This document shows, piece by piece, positions 51,096-60,734 of a stretch of DNA of 64,000 bases. A model generated the notes under the pieces. That model saw nothing but the letters and a program-made list of their open reading frames with translations, was not told the origin of the DNA and searched no databases. The DNA lies in assembly GCA_028287465.1 (NCBI GenBank), contig JAQBPO010000003.1, positions 12,912-76,911 of the forward strand, in the 5' to 3' direction. Numbering within the stretch: the stretch's first letter is position 1; every line of letters starts with the position of its first letter. The stretch comes from Fibrobacterota bacterium (lineage in GTDB: Bacteria; Fibrobacterota; Fibrobacteria; UBA11236). The position numbers and the translations under genes are program-made.

Positions 51096-53150
51096 ATGCG
51101 ATTGTTGAAATCAATGAAGACCGGAGCCGTGATTTTCCTGATCGGGCTGGGCGTTCCCCGGTCCGCCATCCCACCGATCGATCCGCTTATCCCGGGCATC
51201 CACCCCATTTCCAATACCGAAGTCGTGCTATGCCTTGAGGCTCCCGGAAAGCAGAAGGTCAATGCCGTGGGCGACTTCAATGATTGGACCCCGTCCGCCC
51301 AGAATCTCATGGCCAGGGAGGGGGATAAATTCTGGATCACCATCGGGAACCTCGTTCCCGGCAAGGAGTACATCTTCCAGTACTGGGTCGACGACGGAAT
51401 CAAGATCGGGGATCCCTATTCGGACAAGACCGTGGATTTCAACGGCGACAAGGAAATCATCAAGGAAGGCGTCTATCCCGGATTGATACCGTATACCCGG
51501 GAGTTCGACGGCATGGCGTCCGTTTTCCGGGCCGGCCTTCCCGCCCCCGTAACCGCTCCCAAACCGTTCGTCAAGCCGGCGCCGGAAAACCTGCTCGTAT
51601 ACGAGGTGCTTATCCGCGATTTCGCCAAGTCCCATTCATTCCGGGAAATGAAGGACTCCCTCGCCTATTTCCAGCGGCTCGGAGTGAATGCCATCCAGCT
51701 CATGCCCGTCATGGAATTCGACGACAATTCCAGTTGGGGGTACAATCCGGCCTACCCCATGGCCGTGGACAAGTATTACGGACCGGCCGAGGATCTCAAA
51801 GCCCTGGTCCAGGCCGCCCATGATCGAGGGATAGCCGTCATCCTCGACATCGTTCTCAATCACGCCATGGGGCAGCACCCCCTCATCAAACTGTATTGGG
51901 ACAAGGCCGCCAACCTGCCTTCCATGGACAGCCCCTTCGCCAACCGCGTGGCCAAGCACGATTACAGCGTGGGCTACGACCTCAATTTCGAGAGCGCTTT
52001 CACGCGCGACTATTACAAGGCCGTCTTGCGGCACTGGCTAAAGGAATACAAGGTGGACGGCTATCGCATCGACCTTTCCAAGGGCCTGACCCAGAAGAAC
52101 ACCCTGGGCGACATCGCCGGCTGGGGCCATTACGACCAATCGCGCATCGATATACTCATGGACCTTGCCGCGGCGGCCCGGACGGCCGACCCGGACGTCT
52201 ACATGATCCTGGAGCATTTCGCGGACAATGACGAGGAGAAGTTCCTGGCCTCCAAGGGATTCATATTGTGGGGCAACAGTTCCTTCGACCACGGGTATGC
52301 GGTGGAAGGGAAGGTCAACACCAATTTCGCCTGGGCCTGCTATAAGAACCGCGGCTGGGCGGACAATCGCCTGGTCACTTACATGGAAAGCCATGACGAA
52401 GAGCGGATCGTATCCCGGGCGATACAGAACGGGGCCAATAGCGGCTCCTACGACATCAGGAATATGAACGTCGCCCTGGAGCGGGCAAAGATGGCGGCCC
52501 TCTTCCTCTTCGGCATACCGGGCGCTAAGCAGATGTGGCAATTCGGGGAATGGGGCGACAGCCGTATCAAAGGCGTTACCCCGGATGAAAGGATGGGCAG
52601 GAAGGCGCTTCCCGCCGAATATCCAGCCGACCCGTCCCGCATCAAGGTATGGAACGCCTATTCCAGCCTGCTGCATTTCCGCCAGCAATACGGGGCCGCC
52701 TTCAAGGAGGGCGTCTTCACCTGGAAGCCGGACGGCGCGGTAAGGAACTGGAAGGTGGCCCATGGCTCGCTCAACGCCTATGCCGTCGGGAACTTCGGCG
52801 TGGCCCCGGCCACCGCTTCCTTCAACATGCCCGGCACCTGGTACGATTTCTTCTCCCGGGAAAAGTTCAGCCTGAACGGGACGGTGGAAGTCCAATTGCA
52901 GCCCGGGGAATACCACCTCTTCACTGACAAGCCCGTTTTCGCCAATACGGAAAAGCTTACCGGATTCGCCGTTCCCAAGGCCTGGAAACCTGAATCCGTG
53001 CCAGTGGGCCTGATCCGGAAAGAACCGGCGGGTTCCGTTTCCGGGGCGAAGGGATTCTCGCATGATGGGCGTTTCCGCATGTTCCGGATCGACGGGAACG
53101 GATTCCCGCAGGATATCCGGGGCCGGACCGGAAGACCCTTGATCAAATAG
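51096..53150 (+). CDS. GH13 alpha-amylase-family enzyme with N-terminal CBM48/E-set-like domain
   Basis: VGDFNDWTP (CBM48-like) plus GH13 regions DIVLNH, GYRIDLSKG, MILEHF and MESHDE. Signal peptide from ATG 51096. Confidence 0.85.
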   Translation: MRLLKSMKTGAVIFLIGLGVPRSAIPPIDPLIPGIHPISNTEVVLCLEAPGKQKVNAVGDFNDWTPSAQNLMAREGDKFWITIGNLVPGKEYIFQYWVDDGIKIGDPYSDKTVDFNGDKEIIKEGVYPGLIPYTREFDGMASVFRAGLPAPVTAPKPFVKPAPENLLVYEVLIRDFAKSHSFREMKDSLAYFQRLGVNAIQLMPVMEFDDNSSWGYNPAYPMAVDKYYGPAEDLKALVQAAHDRGIAVILDIVLNHAMGQHPLIKLYWDKAANLPSMDSPFANRVAKHDYSVGYDLNFESAFTRDYYKAVLRHWLKEYKVDGYRIDLSKGLTQKNTLGDIAGWGHYDQSRIDILMDLAAAARTADPDVYMILEHFADNDEEKFLASKGFILWGNSSFDHGYAVEGKVNTNFAWACYKNRGWADNRLVTYMESHDEERIVSRAIQNGANSGSYDIRNMNVALERAKMAALFLFGIPGAKQMWQFGEWGDSRIKGVTPDERMGRKALPAEYPADPSRIKVWNAYSSLLHFRQQYGAAFKEGVFTWKPDGAVRNWKVAHGSLNAYAVGNFGVAPATASFNMPGTWYDFFSREKFSLNGTVEVQLQPGEYHLFTDKPVFANTEKLTGFAVPKAWKPESVPVGLIRKEPAGSVSGAKGFSHDGRFRMFRIDGNGFPQDIRGRTGRPLIK

Positions 53151-53165
53151 ACCTGACGGTTCCTG

Positions 53166-53183
53166 GCGCTCCCATGGGAGCGC
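53166..53183 (+). terminator. perfect 18-nt palindrome GCGCTCCCATGGGAGCGC after the GH13 gene
   Basis: Begins 16 nt after the stop. Followed by ATTTCC, only a modest U-tract, so it is a terminator or attenuator candidate. Confidence 0.4.
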
Positions 53184-53212
53184 ATTTCCGAAATCATAGA
53201 AAGAGAGTCCAG

Positions 53213-55687
53213 ATGGATGCATTCCCATGTATTCTACGCGCCGGGTATTTCCCCCTTTCCATCCTCGTGGCCGCGGTTTCCCTGGGATCCGTTTCCGCCC
53301 AGGAAGCCTGCCTGAAAGGATGCGGCTACCCGGGCTATCCGGGAATGGTTTTCACCCTCGGGGACGGTTTCGTTGCCAAGGGCGGCGAGGTGAAGGTGAC
53401 CCATATGGGTTTCCTGGGCCAAGTCTACAATAACGACGGGATCACCCCGCGCAAGGTGGGCGTTCCCAATTACATCGGCGAGCTTTCCGTTCTCGACCCC
53501 GTCACCGGGGAGGAACGTTTCCTGTTCCGGAACCAGAAGGATTGGGTGACCCATGAGAACGATTCGGGCAAGGTGATCAGCCTGGGAACCTTCCCGAAGG
53601 GCGCTCCCATCGTTTTCAAATACGTGAACGTGGACGGGAAGGAGAAGTCGTACAAGACCTTCGATCGGTATTCCGGGGACAATGCCGCAGGAACGTATGA
53701 TTTCAACGCTGATCCCCTCCTCAAGAACCTGGCCATCAACGGGATGCCCAAGCCGGTCAGCGGCGGGACCTGGAACTGGGAAGGCCATGACTACAACCGA
53801 TGGGCCGTGGCGGCGAGCGTTCCGGGCACGGACGAGAAGCAGTTCCATTTCGAGGACGCGGATGATCGGATCTTCAACGATATCGTCTTCCGCGTTTCCG
53901 GCGTGGCCCTCACCTCCGAGACGTTCAGATTGCAGCCTCCGGCGATAGCGGGAGCCGCGAATCCGGGCGGGGGCTACCAGGTGACCCTGACGAACTCCCC
54001 CGACGCCACCAACCAGGCCAGCCGGTTGTTCTATACCTTGGATGGATCCTTGCCGTCGGTGGACAGCCTGGGAAGGGCCCTGGGCTCGACCCTGGAATAC
54101 GCTTCCGCCTTTTACATCGGCACGACCGCAACGGTGAAGGCCATCGCCTGGAAGGCCACGGTGACCAATGCAGGCAATACCGTAAAATACGAACCGAGCG
54201 TTCAGGCATCCCGGACTTTCACGGTTGCAATCCTGCAATGGAGCAAGCCCACCGCCACTCCCCCTGGCGGGGAAAGCCGCGCGACGGTGCTCGTCACCCT
54301 GCAACAAGCGGAAGGTGCCCGGATCTTCTACCGGATCTGTGATCCCGGCGTCGCTTGCGACGCGCCCACCTCGGGCAATACCTCGTATACCGGCGTCCCC
54401 TTGGAGATCAAGGGAAGCAAGATCCTGAAGGCCATCGCCATCCAAAGCCCCAGGGACAACAGCGAGGTGGCGGTCTTCTCCTTTTCCCCTTCCTTCCCGG
54501 TCACGGACGCGGTATACCTCGATCGTAACGGAGATGGCAGAATCGATGCCGCCAGGATCACCGTGGACGGGGCGCCGGTAAACATGCCCGTTACGGTTTC
54601 CCTGGAGGATCCCTTCGGCCCCGGAAAGAAGCGCGAGGTATCCTCCACGGGAATGGGATGGGAATCCCAAGTCCCGGCCATCCTCCGGGCCGATTTCGCG
54701 GCCTCTCCATTCCCCGCCGGGACGGGATTCCCGGCCGGGCCCTACGGTTCCTTCCCGCAAGGGGGCGAAGGTTTCTCTCCTGGATCCTTTACCATCCGGG
54801 ACGGTGCGGGACCCGTGGCGTTCTCAAGCGAAGCCCGCGTTTCCCTCGATACCGGAAGCCTGAAGCAGCTTACCGTGGTCCTTTCCGAGCCCCTCCGGGA
54901 TCCTGGCGGACCCTTCCCCTTCCAGATCAAGCGCGGCGAAGCCAGAATCGATGAGGCCCTCAAGGTGTCCAGGGTGGAAGCCCTCGAAGGCAACGCCTAC
55001 CGCTACACCTTCAGCTCCCAGGTCTTCCCCATTCCCGGGGACAGCCTGAAATCAACCGCCCAGGCCATCGACGCGGCGGGCAATCCCAGCGCCATGCCCG
55101 GCTTCATCGCCATCCTCGGCAATCGCCCCGTGGTTTCCGTTGAACTCAAGGTCGCCGGCGGAGGTTGCGTACGGGGCAAGGCCATCGCCAACCCGAAGCC
55201 GCTGGCGATCCCGGTCAACCTCATCGTTCCCCACGCCGGCGATGCCCAATCCGGTTGCGCCGAGGTTCCGGGGGAAATCCGCTGCCTGGACTGCATCACA
55301 GGCGAATGGGAGCGCACCGGCGGAAATCGCCCGGCCGCATCGGAATTGACCGCCGGCCCCGAAATCAAGGTGACAACGCGTTGGCCTTTCGGATTCGATC
55401 TGGCCTTCTTCAATACCCTCGGGGAATTCGTGAACCGGGCGAAGGGGGAAGTCACCGCGGGAATGCTGGATGGCGTCCCTGCGGACGGGGAGGGAAACAA
55501 GACCGTGGCCCTGCAATGGTATCCCGTCAGCGAATCCGGCATGCAAGCGGGTACCGGCGCCTATGTGGTCAAGGGTTTCGTCACCATCAAGGCGAGCCAG
55601 GCCCGGGATTCCTTCCTGGGGATTCCCGTCGAGGTTCCCGCGGCGTCGGCAAGGGTCCTGGTGAGGTTCGGGTACCTGCGGGATTGA
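53213..55687 (+). CDS. large secreted protein with DUF4114-like domain and two chitobiase/hexosaminidase-C-like (Fn3-associated) repeats
   Basis: Signal peptide ..AAVSLGSVSA/Q. FHFEDADDRIFNDIVFRVSG (DUF4114-like). RLFYTLDGSLPS..VKAIAW and RIFYRICDPG..LKAIAIQ repeats. 824 aa. Confidence 0.7.
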   Translation: MDAFPCILRAGYFPLSILVAAVSLGSVSAQEACLKGCGYPGYPGMVFTLGDGFVAKGGEVKVTHMGFLGQVYNNDGITPRKVGVPNYIGELSVLDPVTGEERFLFRNQKDWVTHENDSGKVISLGTFPKGAPIVFKYVNVDGKEKSYKTFDRYSGDNAAGTYDFNADPLLKNLAINGMPKPVSGGTWNWEGHDYNRWAVAASVPGTDEKQFHFEDADDRIFNDIVFRVSGVALTSETFRLQPPAIAGAANPGGGYQVTLTNSPDATNQASRLFYTLDGSLPSVDSLGRALGSTLEYASAFYIGTTATVKAIAWKATVTNAGNTVKYEPSVQASRTFTVAILQWSKPTATPPGGESRATVLVTLQQAEGARIFYRICDPGVACDAPTSGNTSYTGVPLEIKGSKILKAIAIQSPRDNSEVAVFSFSPSFPVTDAVYLDRNGDGRIDAARITVDGAPVNMPVTVSLEDPFGPGKKREVSSTGMGWESQVPAILRADFAASPFPAGTGFPAGPYGSFPQGGEGFSPGSFTIRDGAGPVAFSSEARVSLDTGSLKQLTVVLSEPLRDPGGPFPFQIKRGEARIDEALKVSRVEALEGNAYRYTFSSQVFPIPGDSLKSTAQAIDAAGNPSAMPGFIAILGNRPVVSVELKVAGGGCVRGKAIANPKPLAIPVNLIVPHAGDAQSGCAEVPGEIRCLDCITGEWERTGGNRPAASELTAGPEIKVTTRWPFGFDLAFFNTLGEFVNRAKGEVTAGMLDGVPADGEGNKTVALQWYPVSESGMQAGTGAYVVKGFVTIKASQARDSFLGIPVEVPAASARVLVRFGYLRD

Positions 55688-55764
55688 GGAACCGCGGGGT
55701 TCCGGAAATTCCGATGGCTATCCGTGGCGTGAATCCTATTTTATCCCGCATCCGGGAGAACCAC

Positions 55765-56835
55765 ATGGCCAGCCTTCACGATCCATTCGCCCTGCGCGGC
55801 GTCACCCTTCGCAACCGCATCGGCGTTTCACCGATGTGCCAATACTCGTCCGTGGACGGGTTCGCCGACGATTGGCACCTGGTCCACCTGGGATCGCGCG
55901 CCGTGGGAGGAGCGGGCTTGGTGATCACCGAAGCAACGGCTGTCAGCGCGGAGGGCCGCATTTCCGCGGCGGACCTGGGCATCTACGACGATCGCCACGT
56001 GGAAATGCTCACGCGCATCACCCGCTTCATCGCGGCGCAGGGCGCCGTCCCGGGCATGCAATTGGCGCATGCCGGCCGCAAAGCCTCCACCGCCAGGCCC
56101 TGGGACGGTGGGAAGCCGGTGCCGGTTTCGGCGGGTGGCTGGCAGCCGATCGGAGCGAGCGCCATTCCCTTCGACAAGTCCAGTCCCACGCCGCGCGCCA
56201 TGGACGAAGCCGACATGGCCCGCGTCAAGGATGAATTCAGGATGGCCGCACGACGGGCCGCGCAGGCGGGTTTCGCCTGGATCGAATTGCATGCGGCCCA
56301 CGGATACCTGCTCCATGGATTCCTCTCCCCCATTTCCAACCAGCGGACCGACCGCTATGGAGGCCCTTTCGAGAACCGGATCCGCTTCCCGCTGGAAACG
56401 ATCGAGGCGGTGCGGGCGGTCTGGCCCGGCGACAGGCCCTTGGCGGTCCGGTTGTCCTGCACGGATTGGGTGGAAGGCGGCTGGGACATAGAGCAGAGCG
56501 TCGCCTTTTCCGGCCTGTTGAAGGAAGCCGGCGTGGATTTGATCGACTGCAGCTCCGGAGGCACGGTATCCCAGGCGCCCATTCCCGTTTCACCCGGATA
56601 CCAGGTGCCGTTTTCCGCCCGGATCAGACAGGACGCCGGGATCGCGACCTCGGCCGTGGGATTGATCGCCAAAGCGGATCAGGCCCGGGAAATCATAGCC
56701 AAGGGCGAAGCGGACCTGGTTTTCCTGGCGAGGGAATTCCTGCGCGATCCCTATTGGCCGTTGCGCAATGCCGACATTGCCGAAGGCAAGCGCAACCCCG
56801 CCCCTCCGGTCCAATACGGCCGGGCCTTCGGCTGA
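55765..56835 (+). CDS. NADH:flavin oxidoreductase, Old Yellow Enzyme family (YqjM/NamA-like)
   Basis: LRNRIGVSPMCQYS..DWHLVHLGSRAVGGAGLVITEATAV..GMQLAHAGRKAS..ELHAAHGYLLHGFLSP..R.D.YGG motifs. 356 aa. Confidence 0.88.
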   Translation: MASLHDPFALRGVTLRNRIGVSPMCQYSSVDGFADDWHLVHLGSRAVGGAGLVITEATAVSAEGRISAADLGIYDDRHVEMLTRITRFIAAQGAVPGMQLAHAGRKASTARPWDGGKPVPVSAGGWQPIGASAIPFDKSSPTPRAMDEADMARVKDEFRMAARRAAQAGFAWIELHAAHGYLLHGFLSPISNQRTDRYGGPFENRIRFPLETIEAVRAVWPGDRPLAVRLSCTDWVEGGWDIEQSVAFSGLLKEAGVDLIDCSSGGTVSQAPIPVSPGYQVPFSARIRQDAGIATSAVGLIAKADQAREIIAKGEADLVFLAREFLRDPYWPLRNADIAEGKRNPAPPVQYGRAFG

Positions 56836-56839
56836 AAGG

Positions 56840-57283
56840 TCATCCTGCGGGCCGGTTCTTTTCCTTGCGATGGATCATCCAGAAATCCGGATTGGGAAGC
56901 GGGCCGAAACCGGCCTGGCGGTAGACGGAATGGCCGTCGCGCGTACCCAGCAGCCAGACGTAGACCTCCGCTACCTCGGGATGCCCCATCGCGAACCTGA
57001 CGAGGTTGGCCGCAATCCCTTTGCGCCGATGGGCCTCATCCACGTAGACATCCATGATATACCCGAAGCGTACCTTATCGCTGATGAGCCTCAGGTATCC
57101 GACCTGCTGCCCTCCCAGGTAACATCCGGCCACCAGGGTGGAATGGACGGCGCCCTTCTCGATCTCGTCCGCCTTGATGTTCGGGGACCAATAGGCGGCG
57201 GATAGCCATTTTTCCAGCCTGGGGTAATCCAGCCGGCCCAGGGAATCATCGAATTCATATCCGTACAGGTATGCTTGCTTCAG
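56840..57283 (-). CDS. GNAT-family N-acetyltransferase, probably initiated at a CTG codon
   Basis: Acetyl-CoA motif region VDEAHRRKGIAANLVRFAM. The track ORF (GTG 57133, 97 aa) lacks the N-terminal third of a GNAT fold. The frame stays open to TGA 57293-57295 with no ATG/GTG/TTG, and CTG 57283-57281 follows AGAGG by 5 nt. Confidence 0.6.
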   Translation of the reverse strand: MKQAYLYGYEFDDSLGRLDYPRLEKWLSAAYWSPNIKADEIEKGAVHSTLVAGCYLGGQQVGYLRLISDKVRFGYIMDVYVDEAHRRKGIAANLVRFAMGHPEVAEVYVWLLGTRDGHSVYRQAGFGPLPNPDFWMIHRKEKNRPAG

Positions 57284-57471
57284 GGGTACCTCTCACGCTG
57301 CGGTTCCGTAAAATATAACGTCGCTCGGTCCGGTCATGGATCGCCGATATGACCCAATTCCGGCGATTAGGCCCGCAGCAGGCAATGCTTTCGCCCTCCC
57401 GCCGGGAAAATTATGTTGAGCCCTTGATACCGGCCGCGACCCGGCGGACCGGAATACCCAAGGAGTCCCCC

Positions 57472-58401
57472 ATGCCGTCCATGAAAGCGATCCGCATCCA
57501 TGCCTACGGAGGCCCTGAAGTCCTGATGTACGAAGACGTTGCCCGTCCCGCCCCCGGACCCAAGGAGGTCCTGGTCCGCGTCCATGCGGCTTCTATCAAT
57601 CCGGTGGACTGGAAGCTCCGTGCGGGGTTCCTCAAGGACTACGTCCCCATAACCTTGCCCGCCATCCTCGGATTGGATATGTCCGGCGTGGTCGAAGGGG
57701 TGGGGCTCGACGTCAAGGGATTCAAAGCCGGCGACGAGGTCTACGCCATGACCAGCATGGGCCGGGACGGAACTTATGCCGAGTACGCCGTTATCGAGGA
57801 GATGAACCTGGCCCGCAAGCCGAAATCCCAGGATCATATCCGATCCGCCGCCATTCCCCTGGCGGGACTCACCGCTTGGCACGGTCTATTCGAATTCGGG
57901 GACCTGAAAGCGGGGCAGAAGGTCCTGATCCATGGAGCGGCCGGAGGTGTCGGCAGTTTCGCCGTGCAGCTCGCCAAATCCCGCGGCGCCACGGTAGCCG
58001 GTACGGCCTCGACCAGGAACCAGTCCCTCCTGAGGGAATTGGGCGTGGACCAGCCCATCGACTATACGAAGTCGGCCTTCGAAAAGGCCGTTACGGAGGT
58101 GGACCTGGTGATCGATACCATCGGCGGCGAGACCCTGCAACGGTCATGGGGCGTCCTCAAGAAGAACGGCGTATTGGCCTCGACGGTCACGGATCCCAAG
58201 TCGCCCAATCCGGCCTTGACCGGGAAGCACATCGCCAACCGGCCGAACGCCCAGGGACTCAAGGAACTGGCGGCCCTGGCGGACGCGGGGAAGATCCATG
58301 CGATCGTCGAGTCGATTATGCCTCTGAGCGATGCGCGCAAAGCCCATGAGATAAGCCAGTCCGGTCATGCACGCGGGAAGATCATCCTGACCGCCGCCTG
58401 A
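57472..58401 (+). CDS. NADPH:quinone oxidoreductase / zinc-independent MDR-family oxidoreductase
   Basis: RBS AAGGAG. MKAIRIHAYGGPEVL..VRVHAASINPVDWK.R and the GAAGGVGSFAVQLAK Rossmann motif. Confidence 0.85.
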   Translation: MPSMKAIRIHAYGGPEVLMYEDVARPAPGPKEVLVRVHAASINPVDWKLRAGFLKDYVPITLPAILGLDMSGVVEGVGLDVKGFKAGDEVYAMTSMGRDGTYAEYAVIEEMNLARKPKSQDHIRSAAIPLAGLTAWHGLFEFGDLKAGQKVLIHGAAGGVGSFAVQLAKSRGATVAGTASTRNQSLLRELGVDQPIDYTKSAFEKAVTEVDLVIDTIGGETLQRSWGVLKKNGVLASTVTDPKSPNPALTGKHIANRPNAQGLKELAALADAGKIHAIVESIMPLSDARKAHEISQSGHARGKIILTAA

Positions 58402-58470
58402 CAGGCATCGTCGGAAAGGGAAATCGGGCATCCATCGGTTCATAAGTCGCAAAAAAACCAGGAGGAAGAC

Positions 58471-59145
58471 ATGGCGAAGAACATCCAGATCCAAGTTGCC
58501 ACGGAAGGCCTTTTCGTTCCCATGAAGATCCTTAAAGGAAAGGAAAAGGCCTTTACCGACCTGATGAAGGGCGCGGCCGAGCTCGTCCGCACCACCGAGC
58601 CGAATACCCTGCAATGGTTCGCTCTCCACGAGAAGGAAGATCGTTACGCCATCGCGGACTTTTTCACGGACGCCAAGGGAAGGGAGGACCACTTCGCGGG
58701 CCAGGTGGCCATGGCATTGAAGAAGGCGGCTCCCGACACCCTCGAAGGCGGGTGGGAAAGGGGCGTGGTCGCCCATGCGGAACCCTGCCGGATCCTGGCT
58801 TCGAGCATCCTGGATGACGATATCCACAGGGCCAGGTTCGCGCAACGCCTGCCCATCCTGGCCAAGCCCGGCAAGGAGGAGGAATTGGCGGCCTTCCTCA
58901 CCGATGGGGTTGAATCCATCCGCATGGAAGAGCCTGGAACCCTGCTATGGTATGGCCTGCGGGTCAACGGGACCCGGTTCACCCTCTTCGATGTTTTCGC
59001 GAGCGAAGAAGGGAAAGCGGCCCATCTGGCCGGGGAATTCGCCGGCACCCTCAAGGACAGGGCCGGGGATTTGATCCAGGGCGGATGGGATAAAGGGGTC
59101 CTCGCCAATATCCGGAATTACCAGATCCTGGCCAGCACCTATTGA
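58471..59145 (+). CDS. tandem ABM (antibiotic-biosynthesis-monooxygenase-like) domain protein
   Basis: Two ~105-aa halves are visibly related (..EPNTLQWFALHEKEDRYAIADFFTDAKGREDHFAG.. vs ..EPGTLLWYGLRVNGTRFTLFDVFASEEGKAAHLAG..). Confidence 0.7.
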   Translation: MAKNIQIQVATEGLFVPMKILKGKEKAFTDLMKGAAELVRTTEPNTLQWFALHEKEDRYAIADFFTDAKGREDHFAGQVAMALKKAAPDTLEGGWERGVVAHAEPCRILASSILDDDIHRARFAQRLPILAKPGKEEELAAFLTDGVESIRMEEPGTLLWYGLRVNGTRFTLFDVFASEEGKAAHLAGEFAGTLKDRAGDLIQGGWDKGVLANIRNYQILASTY

Positions 59146-59168
59146 CTGCGTCCGGGAACGGGGCGGGG

Positions 59169-59585
59169 TTACGATCCGAAGAACGGCAATCCCGCCGCCA
59201 ACCTGTACCCTTCAGGGTAACGCTCCAGGTACCGCGTATCGGCCCCGTTGGAAAGCATGACGAACCGGCAGGGGATCCGTTTAAGGTAATCGCCGGCCTG
59301 GAAGGCTACCGAGTCATCGATGCGGACCCGGGGCTCCTTGCATTCGACCAGCAGCCAGGGGGCCAACTGGCCTTCTCCAGGCCGCCATACCACGATATCC
59401 GCCCTCCGGAAGTTCCCGGGTTCAAGGGCCGACAGGGAGAATTCCACGCCTATCAGGTTGGCGGGAACGCGCAAGGTATCCATCAGGTAGCGGAGCACCG
59501 CTTGGCGCACGGCCTCCTCCGGCGTCGCGGCGACGTACCGTTTCCGCACCGGGTCGAAAACCGTCGCCGGGACCGGTTCAGGCAT
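59169..59585 (-). CDS. stand-alone HsdR N-terminal-like (PD-(D/E)xK-type) domain protein
   Basis: ..TPEEAVRQAVLRYL...L.VP..LI.VE......RRADIVVW......PWLLVECKEP..... matches the 'type I restriction enzyme R protein N terminus' small-protein pattern. It starts 3 nt after the EEP gene stop. Confidence 0.75.
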   Translation of the reverse strand: MPEPVPATVFDPVRKRYVAATPEEAVRQAVLRYLMDTLRVPANLIGVEFSLSALEPGNFRRADIVVWRPGEGQLAPWLLVECKEPRVRIDDSVAFQAGDYLKRIPCRFVMLSNGADTRYLERYPEGYRLAAGLPFFGS

Positions 59586-59588
59586 GGA

Positions 59589-60734
59589 TCACTGCCCCAC
59601 CAGCCTGGCCCAGATCATCCGATGATCCGAAGCGAGCAGCCGGACCCCGGCATCGGTGCGGATGGCGGAATCCAGGGCCACCTCGTGCTCGAGGACCGAA
59701 ACCAGATGCCGCGAGAATATGAAGTCTATCCTCCGGTTAGAAAAGGAGGTGTCCGGGGCCCATAGCGCGCTCGCCGCGACGCAACAACTGTAGCCGGAAT
59801 CCGCCTTGGGTATGTAAGTGTCCGTGAAACCGCCTTCCTGCATCACCGTATGCGCGTTCGTATTCGGAGCGACATTGAAGTCCCCCATGACGATTTGCGG
59901 GATCGAATCCTTCCCCGCCGCGCTCCGCACCTTCAGGCTGTCCACGATGGCCCGCAACTGCAGGGCCTGGCTGCTGCTGAAATCCTCGAAAACCTCCAGA
60001 TGGGTGTTATAGACCTGCCAGAGGATGCCTTTCGGGCTCTTCAACTTCATGTATCCCAGGCAGCGCTGGGTCTTGGTGCCCTTGTTCGTCGGGATGGGGA
60101 GCAGGGAGAAGTAGAGGAACCTGGCGCTGTCCAGGACCTGGAACCCCGGTTTGACCAGCATGGCATTGCCTTCGTGGAAGGCGATGGTGATGGTTTTGCC
60201 GTCCTTGGTCCCCGCAAGTACGGTATCATTGAGGGGATTGCCGTAGGCGATATACGCCGGCCCCCCCAAGGCCTTGATGTCCGCGACCAGCTCGGGGAGG
60301 AAATCGTTGATGGGCGTTCCGTCCTTGTTGAAGGACATCACCTCCTGCAGGCCCACCACGTCGAGATCGAGGGCGATGATGGCCTTCGCCATTCCCTTGA
60401 TGCGCTCGCCGGGTTGGGTGCGTTGATATCGCTTGAACAGGGAATCCAGGACCACATAGGCCGTGGGCGGATCGGCCATGTTCGTGAAGAGGAGCTGGCT
60501 TACGGGGAACCCGATGCTCATATTCAGGGTGGCGAACCGGAGGGTGTCGGCGGCCTTGGTGGTATCGTGGGTAACCGTATCCTTGTCGACCACGGGGCCG
60601 TTGCTGCCGAAATCCGAATCATGCTTGCTGCAGGAGGCGGCCGCGATGAGCGCGGCGGCCGCGGACAGGAGCAAGGCGCCGAGAAACCGCGCATGCCCCC
60701 TCGCGGGCCGGAATACTTGGGCGGATGAAATCAT
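59589..60734 (-). CDS. endonuclease/exonuclease/phosphatase (EEP) family lipoprotein
   Basis: ATG 60734 overlaps the upstream stop (ATGA). Lipobox ..LIAAAS/C. EEP motifs ATLNM, VVGLQEV, GDFNV and ASDHRMIW. Confidence 0.8.
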   Translation of the reverse strand: MISSAQVFRPARGHARFLGALLLSAAAALIAAASCSKHDSDFGSNGPVVDKDTVTHDTTKAADTLRFATLNMSIGFPVSQLLFTNMADPPTAYVVLDSLFKRYQRTQPGERIKGMAKAIIALDLDVVGLQEVMSFNKDGTPINDFLPELVADIKALGGPAYIAYGNPLNDTVLAGTKDGKTITIAFHEGNAMLVKPGFQVLDSARFLYFSLLPIPTNKGTKTQRCLGYMKLKSPKGILWQVYNTHLEVFEDFSSSQALQLRAIVDSLKVRSAAGKDSIPQIVMGDFNVAPNTNAHTVMQEGGFTDTYIPKADSGYSCCVAASALWAPDTSFSNRRIDFIFSRHLVSVLEHEVALDSAIRTDAGVRLLASDHRMIWARLVGQ

